A stretch of DNA of 64,000 nucleotides from Clostridia bacterium (lineage in GTDB: Bacteria > Bacillota > Clostridia > Oscillospirales > CAG-272), in assembly GCA_017462795.1 (NCBI GenBank), contig JAFTQL010000041.1:8489-72488 (forward strand), given 5' to 3'. The stretch's first letter is position 1; every line of letters begins with the position of its first letter. This document shows positions 56,912 through 64,000 of this stretch, one piece after another. Under the pieces are notes generated by a model. It worked only from the letters and a program-made list of their open reading frames with translations. It ran no database searches and was not told the DNA's origin. The position numbers and the translations under genes were made by a program.

Positions 56912-59194
56912 ATGGCAAATCTTGTTATCGTGGAGTCACCCTCCAAAGCGGCAACAATAAAAGGATATCTTGGCTCAAACTATAAGGTAGTGGCATCTAA
57001 GGGACACGTCAGAGATCTTCCTAAAAGCAAGCTCGGCGTTGACGTTGAAAATAATTTTGAGCCTCACTATATAAATATAAGGGGTAAGGGAGATCTTATC
57101 AAGGAGATCAAAAAGGAAGCAAAAAACGCGAATAAAGTATTTCTCGCTACCGACCCTGACCGTGAGGGAGAGGCTATTTCTTGGCATCTCGCTACGGCAC
57201 TGGGCATTCCTGTTGAGAAAACTCTGCGCGTCAGCTTCAACGAGATCACAAAGACAGCGGTCAAGGCGGCTATCAAAGAGCCGAGAAGCATTGACATGGA
57301 TCTTGTAAACTCTCAACAAGCACGCAGGATACTCGATAGAATAGTGGGATATAAGCTGTCCCCATTCCTTTGGAAAAACGTGAGAAGCGGACTTTCCGCG
57401 GGACGCGTGCAGTCTGTCGCCACAAGGATAATCGTGGAGAGAGAAGAGGAGATAAGGGCATTTGTTCCCGTTGAGTACTGGACTATCGATGCGACACTCG
57501 CCGCCGATGGCGGTCAGGAGTTTACCGTTCGCTTTTTCGGTGACGCAAAGGGCAAAGTAAAGCTTGCTTGCGAGGCTGATGCCATGAAGGTGGTGAATGC
57601 CGTTGCAAATAAGGATTTTAATGTAAAGTCGGTCAAGAAGTCCAAAAAGAAAAAGCTTCCCGCGCCTCCCTTTACAACGTCAACCATGCAGCAGGAGGCA
57701 TCAAGAAAGCTGGGCTTCCAGTCTCAGCGTATTATGCGTATCGCTCAGGAGCTTTACGAGGGTGTCAATGTAGGTCAGGAAAACGGAGGCGTACAGGGTC
57801 TTATTACCTACATGCGTACCGATTCTCAGAGAGTTTCGGCACAGGCGCAGGCGGAAGCGAGAGAATATATCGGAAGTAAGTTCGGTGATAAATACCATCC
57901 CGAAACTCCCAGAGTCTATAAGATGAGAGCGGGCGCGCAGGACGCTCACGAAGCCATTCGCCCCTCCCGTGTTGATCTTGAGCCCGCAAGAATAAAGAAA
58001 TACGTTACCTCCGACCAGTTCAAGCTGTATAAGCTTATCTGGGAGAGATTTGTGGCGAGCCAGATGGAGTCCGCTGTCCTGTCTACTGTGACAGCCGACT
58101 TTGAATCCGCGGGATATGTTTTCAGAACCAGCGGATATACCGTTGATTTTCCCGGATACATGGCTGTTTATGAGGAGAGCGAGGATGAGACACATACCGC
58201 CGCAGACGAGGTCAGCGAGCAGAAGAACATACGTCTCCCCGACGTTCGCGAGGGACAGACGGTCGCCTTCCGTTCCACCGACCCCGCCAAGCACTTCACA
58301 GAGCCTCCCGCAAGATACAACGACGCTTCTCTTATCAAGTTCCTTGAGGAAAAGGGAATAGGACGACCCAGTACCTTTGCCACCATCATCACCACCATTA
58401 TATCAAGAAACTACGTCAAGAGAGAGGGAAAATCCCTCGTTCCCACTCCTACAGGTGAGCTTACCAACAAGCTTATGAAGGAAAGCTTCCCGGATATCGT
58501 TGATTATGCCTTCACAGCGCAGATGGAGGATAAGCTTGACAATATCGAGAACGGCGGTGTCAATATGAACGCTGTCCTCGGTGAGTTCTGGAGCGGCTTT
58601 GAAAAGGAGCTTGAGGCGGCAAATGAGAAGATGGAGAACGAGGAGCTGGAGGTTCCTGTTGAGGAGACCGATATTATCTGTGATAAGTGCGGCTCAAAAA
58701 TGATAGTCAAGAACGGACGTTACGGTAAGTTTGCCGCATGTCCCAACTACCCCACATGCAGAAATACAAAGCCGCTGGGTAAGCAGAACGAATCGGGCGA
58801 GGAGACGAGCGCCGAGGCAAGCAAGCCCATCATCGCGGACTTCAAGTGCGAAAGATGCGGCTCGGATATGGTTCAGAGATCGGGCAGATTCGGCACTTTC
58901 TTTGCGTGCAGCCGTTATCCCGAGTGTAGCTTTACAAAGCAAAAGACACGTGACATCGGCGTTCCATGTCCCAAGTGCGGCTCAAAGATAGTTATGAAGA
59001 CCGGACGTAATAAAACAGTGTTCTACAGCTGTGAAAAATATCCCGATTGCGACTTTTCATCGTGGGATCTTCCCACAAACGAAAGCTGTCCGCAGTGCGG
59101 AGAGATGCTCTACCGCAAGAAGGGACAGGCGGTGCTGGTTTGTAAAAAAACAGGCTGCGGATTCAAAAAGCCTTACGAAAATACCGAAGAATAA
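56912..59194 (+). CDS. topA: DNA topoisomerase I
   Basis: TOPRIM LVIVESPSKA, DPDREGE, active-site region ITYMRTDS, and four C-terminal Cys4 zinc ribbons. Confidence 0.95.
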   Translation: MANLVIVESPSKAATIKGYLGSNYKVVASKGHVRDLPKSKLGVDVENNFEPHYINIRGKGDLIKEIKKEAKNANKVFLATDPDREGEAISWHLATALGIPVEKTLRVSFNEITKTAVKAAIKEPRSIDMDLVNSQQARRILDRIVGYKLSPFLWKNVRSGLSAGRVQSVATRIIVEREEEIRAFVPVEYWTIDATLAADGGQEFTVRFFGDAKGKVKLACEADAMKVVNAVANKDFNVKSVKKSKKKKLPAPPFTTSTMQQEASRKLGFQSQRIMRIAQELYEGVNVGQENGGVQGLITYMRTDSQRVSAQAQAEAREYIGSKFGDKYHPETPRVYKMRAGAQDAHEAIRPSRVDLEPARIKKYVTSDQFKLYKLIWERFVASQMESAVLSTVTADFESAGYVFRTSGYTVDFPGYMAVYEESEDETHTAADEVSEQKNIRLPDVREGQTVAFRSTDPAKHFTEPPARYNDASLIKFLEEKGIGRPSTFATIITTIISRNYVKREGKSLVPTPTGELTNKLMKESFPDIVDYAFTAQMEDKLDNIENGGVNMNAVLGEFWSGFEKELEAANEKMENEELEVPVEETDIICDKCGSKMIVKNGRYGKFAACPNYPTCRNTKPLGKQNESGEETSAEASKPIIADFKCERCGSDMVQRSGRFGTFFACSRYPECSFTKQKTRDIGVPCPKCGSKIVMKTGRNKTVFYSCEKYPDCDFSSWDLPTNESCPQCGEMLYRKKGQAVLVCKKTGCGFKKPYENTEE

Positions 59195-59206
59195 AGACGG
59201 ATATTT

Positions 59207-60526
59207 ATGGATAAAACAATTAAGATATACGGCGCGGGACTTGCCGGCTGCGAGGCGGCATGGCAGGCGGCTCGCATGGGAGTTAAAGTAGAGCTTTACG
59301 AGATGAAGCCTGAAAAATATACTCCCGCCCATCACTCCCAAAGCTTTGCGGAGCTTGTTTGCTCCAATTCTCTGCGATCCGACAGTGTGACGAATGCCGT
59401 GGGTCTGCTCAAGGAGGAGCTTCGCCGCATGGGCTCGCTTATAATGGAGGCGGCTGACGCAACAAGAGTTCCCGCGGGCTCGGCGCTTGCCGTTGACAGG
59501 GATAAATTTTCCGCATATATTACCGATAAGATATGCACACATCCCAATATAACTGTTATCTCCCGTGAGATGACCGAGGTGGATGACGGTATTACCGTAG
59601 TCGCCACAGGTCCGCTCACCTCCGATAGGATGTCGGAGTATATTCAGCGGGAGCTTGTTGGAGAGGGACTGCACTTTTTCGATGCCGCCGCGCCCATTGT
59701 GGATGCGGACAGTATAAATATGGACGTTGCTTTTTTCGCGTCGCGCTATGATAAGGGCGACGCGGACTATATCAATTGTCCCATGAGCGAGGAGCAGTAT
59801 AACGCTTTCTGGGAGGCTCTCGTTACGGCGGAGGAGGCACAGCTCAAGGAATTTGACAAGCAGGAGCTCAAGGTCTTTGAGGGCTGTAAGCCCATAGAGG
59901 TCGATGCTAAGAGAGGGCGGGAAACGCTTTTGTATGGACCTCTCAAGCCCGTTGGACTTGTGGACAAGCGGGTCGGAAGGACCGCGCACGCGGTAGTTCA
60001 GCTTCGCCGTGAGAACGCGGAGGGAACTATGTACAATCTGGTGGGATTCCAGACGCATCTTACTTTTCCTGAGCAGAGGCGGGTGTTCAGAATGATCCCC
60101 GGACTTGAAAACGCCGAATTCCTTCGTTACGGTGTCATGCACAGAAATACCTATATTGAGTCTCCGGGTAAGCTGGACGTTACCTATAAGCTTATAAGCC
60201 GTCCGAATGTTTATTTTGCGGGACAGATGACGGGCGTTGAGGGTTATATTGAATCCACAGGCTCGGGCTTTGTGGCTGGGTTAAACGCCGCAAGAGGTGC
60301 GCTGGGGCTTGATCCTATCGTGTTCCCGAGGACTACGATGATAGGCGCTATGGCGAGCTATGTCGCCGTCGGCGGTGCATCCTCGTTTGAACCTATGAAA
60401 GCAAATTTCGGCATAATCGAGCCTTGGCCCGAGAGGGTGAGGGGCGGTAATATAGCCAAATACGAAAAGCTCGCGGAGAGATCTCTTGCAGAGATCGACC
60501 GCATAGCGGAGAGCTTAAAAATATAA
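59207..60526 (+). CDS. trmFO: methylenetetrahydrofolate--tRNA-(uracil-5-)-methyltransferase
   Basis: IYGAGLAGCEAAWQAA FAD fingerprint, ELVCSNSLR and AGQMTGVEGY motifs. Conserved position after topA. Confidence 0.9.
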   Translation: MDKTIKIYGAGLAGCEAAWQAARMGVKVELYEMKPEKYTPAHHSQSFAELVCSNSLRSDSVTNAVGLLKEELRRMGSLIMEAADATRVPAGSALAVDRDKFSAYITDKICTHPNITVISREMTEVDDGITVVATGPLTSDRMSEYIQRELVGEGLHFFDAAAPIVDADSINMDVAFFASRYDKGDADYINCPMSEEQYNAFWEALVTAEEAQLKEFDKQELKVFEGCKPIEVDAKRGRETLLYGPLKPVGLVDKRVGRTAHAVVQLRRENAEGTMYNLVGFQTHLTFPEQRRVFRMIPGLENAEFLRYGVMHRNTYIESPGKLDVTYKLISRPNVYFAGQMTGVEGYIESTGSGFVAGLNAARGALGLDPIVFPRTTMIGAMASYVAVGGASSFEPMKANFGIIEPWPERVRGGNIAKYEKLAERSLAEIDRIAESLKI

Positions 60527-60545
60527 AAATTATACAGGAGGAAGT

Positions 60546-61250
60546 ATGCAGAGAGCGGATATCAGTATTTTGGAAAAGAAAATTGGATATACCTTTAAGA
60601 ATAAAGAGCTTCTCAAGGAGGCGCTGACTCATTCTTCCTATGCTCATGAGCTGAAGACCAAGAAAATATACGTTGAGTGCAACGAGCGTCTGGAATTTCT
60701 CGGGGACTCGGTGCTTTCCATAGTTACAAGTGAATTTCTCTTCAAGAAGTACAGAGATCTGCCCGAGGGGGATCTGACTCATATCCGCGCGGCGCTGGTG
60801 CAGTCTCAGTCTCTGGCGTCATATGCGCGCGGAATCGGGCTTGGACAGTATCTTTATCTTGGCAACGGTGAGGAGAAAAACAGAGATCAGCAATCTATAC
60901 TTGAGGATGCCTTTGAGGCGCTTCTGGCGGCGATCTACCTTGATGCGGGTGTAGGGGGACTTGATGAGATAAGACGTTTCCTTCTGCCTATCATCAAGGA
61001 CGCGGTGGAGAAAAACAACGACTCCATTCTTCACGCCGACGCAAAGACCGAGCTTCAACAGCTGACTCAGGTAAGCGACGGAGCTACTCCCACATATACC
61101 ATTACCCGTGAGAGCGGTCCCGACCACGCTAAGGTGTTTGAGGTAGAGGTCAGACTTAATTCCAATGTCATAGGTCACGGCAAGGGAAGATCCAAGCGGG
61201 AAGCCGAGCAGAACGCCGCGAGAGAGGCGCTGAAGCTGTTCGGAGTATAA
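60546..61250 (+). CDS. rnc: ribonuclease III
   Basis: NERLEFLGDSV signature and a C-terminal dsRBD (GPDHAKVFEV...GKGRSKREAEQNAA). Confidence 0.95.
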   Translation: MQRADISILEKKIGYTFKNKELLKEALTHSSYAHELKTKKIYVECNERLEFLGDSVLSIVTSEFLFKKYRDLPEGDLTHIRAALVQSQSLASYARGIGLGQYLYLGNGEEKNRDQQSILEDAFEALLAAIYLDAGVGGLDEIRRFLLPIIKDAVEKNNDSILHADAKTELQQLTQVSDGATPTYTITRESGPDHAKVFEVEVRLNSNVIGHGKGRSKREAEQNAAREALKLFGV

Positions 61251-61269
61251 TGTTTTTTGGAGGATAATT

Positions 61270-62415
61270 ATGAATTTCAAATATTTGACCGAATATATCG
61301 ACGGACTTTATGAGACAGAGGGTATTCCGTCGTCAGATATAGTTGTATACAAGAAGGGAAAAGAGATATACAGACATACCGCGGGATATCAGAATGTGGC
61401 ATCGGGTGAACCGCTCAGACGTGACGCACTGTTCTTCGTCTATTCCGCAAGCAAGCTGATCACGGTAACAGCCGTAATGCAGCTTTTGGAGAGAGGAAAG
61501 ATACTGCTCCACGATAAGGTCTATAAATATCTTCCCGAATTCAAAGAAATGACGGTGAGAGTCAAGGACGCAAACGGAGAGGAAACGACGGTTCCCGCCA
61601 GAAAGCCAATACGCATCTGGAATCTGCTTACCATGACGTCCGGGCTGCCCTATAATATGAAGGCTCCCGAGATACTTGCGTGCATGGCGGAGCATGACGG
61701 CGCGCCCTCAACGGCGGATATAGTCAGGGCTTTTGCCAAGCGTCCTTTGAGCTTTGAGCCGGGTGAGCATTGGATGTACGGATTTTCTCACGACGTTCTC
61801 GCCCGCCTTGTTGAGGTGGTTTCGGGACAGTCCTTCGGAGAGTACGTAAAGCAAAATATTTTCGATCCGATAGGAATGAAAAATTCCTACTATCACCTTA
61901 CGGATGATCTCATTCCCCGTATGGCTACACAGTACAGATTTGATAATGAGCTTGGCAAGGCTGTTGATGTGGGTCTTAAAAACGATCACATCTTTGGACC
62001 TCGCTTTGAGAGCGGAGGAGCGGGATGCATCTCCTGCCTTGACGACTACATACTGTTTGCCGAGACATGGACGCACAAGGGAGTAGCCCCAAACGGCAAC
62101 CGCATCCTCGCGTCTCGTACCGTTGACCTTATACGCACCGACTGCCTGGACGAAAAAACACGTCCCGATTTTAACTGGGACGCTTTCGTCGGTTATGGAT
62201 ATGGCTTTGGTGTGCGCACGCTTGTCAGCAACGCAAAGGGCGGAACTATCTCAACCCCTGGGGATTTCGGATGGGGAAGTGCGACCGGCTGTTATATACA
62301 CAGCGATCCCGAGGAGGAGATATCCATAGTTTACATGCAGCACATGCTCAATAACAAAGAGCCCATAGTTCATCCCCGCCTGAGAAACCTTGTTTACTCG
62401 GCGCTGGAGTATTGA
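61270..62415 (+). CDS. serine hydrolase, beta-lactamase (class C/PBP4*-like) family
   Basis: SxxK motif as YSASKLIT and a YGF/SGG region. No signal peptide. Confidence 0.8.
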   Translation: MNFKYLTEYIDGLYETEGIPSSDIVVYKKGKEIYRHTAGYQNVASGEPLRRDALFFVYSASKLITVTAVMQLLERGKILLHDKVYKYLPEFKEMTVRVKDANGEETTVPARKPIRIWNLLTMTSGLPYNMKAPEILACMAEHDGAPSTADIVRAFAKRPLSFEPGEHWMYGFSHDVLARLVEVVSGQSFGEYVKQNIFDPIGMKNSYYHLTDDLIPRMATQYRFDNELGKAVDVGLKNDHIFGPRFESGGAGCISCLDDYILFAETWTHKGVAPNGNRILASRTVDLIRTDCLDEKTRPDFNWDAFVGYGYGFGVRTLVSNAKGGTISTPGDFGWGSATGCYIHSDPEEEISIVYMQHMLNNKEPIVHPRLRNLVYSALEY

Positions 62416-62433
62416 ATATAATATTAAATACAA

Positions 62434-62465
62434 TAAGGGACTGAGTCACATGATTCAGTCCCTTA
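62434..62465. terminator. bidirectional terminator hairpin between convergent genes
   Basis: taagggactga / tcagtccctta (11-bp perfect stem), followed by TTTT on the plus strand. Confidence 0.65.
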
Positions 62466-62473
62466 TTTTGGCT

Positions 62474-63514
62474 TCAGAATATAAAGCCGCACAGTATGAA
62501 GGCAAGGAATGCTCCGAGTACGACAAGATCAGGTATCTTCAGCTTGAAGGAGCGTCTGTAAATGATATATCCGATAGCCATGGCGATGAGATACATAATG
62601 TTCATTATGTCCGCCGTGCCTATTGAAATATAGATGCACAGACCGCAAAGGGGTATCAGCACCTTGTAGCCAAAGGGAGAGTCGGATATACCGCCTGCCT
62701 TTTCCGCTTTTTGTCTTGAAAAGGTGAAAAGATATCCCAATACGGAGGCGATGCCCGCGATCCCCCAGAAAACAAAGCTGACCGCCTCATAGTCATTGAA
62801 TCCGAGAGACTGAGGAGAGACTATTGCAATGTTTTGTACGTCGGGATCATAATAAAAATACTTTATGGTCGGAGTAATATAGCCGTTGTATTCGGAGGTG
62901 AAGACGGAAATCGGTGAATAAACAAAGTAGTTTTCGGCACTTCCCTCAATAAATGTTATGGAGGTTATCTCACCGATAGCCGTTACAATACAGAAGCCTG
63001 CTATTGCGTATATCGCCATGAATACCGCGCCGTCGGCAACCGTGTTTGCCTGAGTGAAAACAAACATAAATACAGAATACATGACAATGCATGCGAATAT
63101 CGTATAGCCGAAGAAGGGAAACATGGCAAGGAGATTAAGGTGCTCCGCGTATCCGATAAGCCTCAGTGCTGCCGTGACAAAGCAGATAGCGCTGATGACC
63201 GTTATATGGATAAGTCCGTTGATATAATGAGCCACAGCCATCTTTTGTCTGGTCACGGGAAGGAAGAACAGTGTGTCAAGATTTCTGCGGTTTTTAAAGC
63301 CGGAAAGCTCCAATATGGGAATGACTGTACACAGTATTGCCGCCAGAATGCCGAGAAAGGATATATCCGATCGGATATAAACCTCGGTGTCGCTGCGGAC
63401 GGTGTCCGGATATACAGATGTGACGGTAAGCGCAAGGGCAAGCACCGCCATGACCGCTCCGCGCAGCAGAGTGCTTTTGAAGTGATAGGTAAAATATTTC
63501 TTGAAGCTTGTCAT
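62474..63514 (-). CDS. polytopic membrane protein, probable ABC-2-type permease partner
   Basis: Multiple hydrophobic helices. 4-nt overlap with the upstream ABC ATPase gene. Confidence 0.5.
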   Translation of the reverse strand: MTSFKKYFTYHFKSTLLRGAVMAVLALALTVTSVYPDTVRSDTEVYIRSDISFLGILAAILCTVIPILELSGFKNRRNLDTLFFLPVTRQKMAVAHYINGLIHITVISAICFVTAALRLIGYAEHLNLLAMFPFFGYTIFACIVMYSVFMFVFTQANTVADGAVFMAIYAIAGFCIVTAIGEITSITFIEGSAENYFVYSPISVFTSEYNGYITPTIKYFYYDPDVQNIAIVSPQSLGFNDYEAVSFVFWGIAGIASVLGYLFTFSRQKAEKAGGISDSPFGYKVLIPLCGLCIYISIGTADIMNIMYLIAMAIGYIIYRRSFKLKIPDLVVLGAFLAFILCGFIF

Positions 63515-64000
63515 TTTTCCTTCCTCCTTGTCACCTCGTTGATAAACGCTTCCTCAAAGTCAACAGGCATCTGCTCCATAACGGTGGGGGCCAGCGCCCT
63601 GAGCCTTTCTTCAATATCATGGCCGTCGCCCTCAAATACGCCTTTGATAAACTTTCCGCTTCTTGTCATGGAGATCACAGGCAGACCGTCAAGGATATTT
63701 TCGGGTATATCATCGGCAAAGGCGAGCATGAACTTGCAGTATCGCTCCACCTTTTCGGAGATATCGCCCGAGCTGCTTACCGTCATTCTGTCAATGACTG
63801 CATACCTGTCGCAAAAGTCCTCAAGCTCCCGCAGGGAATGGCTGGATATGATCACGGTCGCACCGTCATCCTCCACCATGCGAATCAGCTCCTCCTTGAC
63901 CTTCTGCCGTGCCAGCGGGTCGAGACCGTCAAATGCCTCGTCAAGCAGAAGGTATTTCGGCCGTATGGCAATGGCAATGGCAATGTAAGCCTGACGGCGC
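63511..64000 (-). CDS. ABC transporter ATP-binding protein (5' end outside window)
   Basis: The frame is open to the window edge. Upstream of the track start it reads ...RPKYLLLDEAFDGLD (Walker B), then SSHSLRELE (H-loop). Confidence 0.8.
   Translation of the reverse strand, partial: RRQAYIAIAIAIRPKYLLLDEAFDGLDPLARQKVKEELIRMVEDDGATVIISSHSLRELEDFCDRYAVIDRMTVSSSGDISEKVERYCKFMLAFADDIPENILDGLPVISMTRSGKFIKGVFEGDGHDIEERLRALAPTVMEQMPVDFEEAFINEVTRRKEK

Noticed and set aside
63965-63985. atggca hexamer repeated three times.
   Set aside because: It encodes IAIAIAI just upstream of the Walker B motif of the ABC ATPase. It is a short coding microrepeat with no further structure.

Overview
This window looks like a chromosomal segment of a spore-forming Firmicute, probably Clostridia-like. 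Support comes from ytfJ/ytfI-type sporulation genes, a DD-carboxypeptidase, scpAB, lysA, lon-engB, infC-rpmI-rplT and dprA-topA-trmFO-rnc synteny. No rRNA, tRNA, CRISPR array, transposase or integrase was recognised. The right part (about 37.5-64 kb) is ordinary housekeeping. It holds an ACT/UPF0210 pair, a Wzz/BY-kinase/PHP-phosphatase trio, rluB, cell-wall, sporulation, segregation, protease, translation and DNA-topology genes, and the start of an ABC-2 transporter. The left part (0.6-37.4 kb) is accessory and glycan-oriented. It starts with a GT8/acyltransferase operon that contains a GT8-acyltransferase fusion. It also contains GH20, GH2 and GH94-like enzymes, SGNH and PHP proteins, and a DeoR-controlled araD/glycerol-1-phosphate dehydrogenase/glycerophosphodiesterase operon. 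The main finding is two shuffled paralogous copies of an uncharacterised module. Each copy has a divergent AraC regulator, an orphan SBP-like lipoprotein with no permease or ATPase, GLUG-motif beta-helix exported protein(s), a cytoplasmic FAD-dependent oxidoreductase and an MBL-fold lipoprotein. Each copy also carries a related 42-45 aa acidic micro-ORF with a strong RBS that is absent from the ORF track. A second item worth checking is an orphan promoter/terminator unit (candidate sRNA or 57-aa ORF) in the long lon-infC intergenic gap. All family assignments rest on motif recognition by eye. No database search was run.
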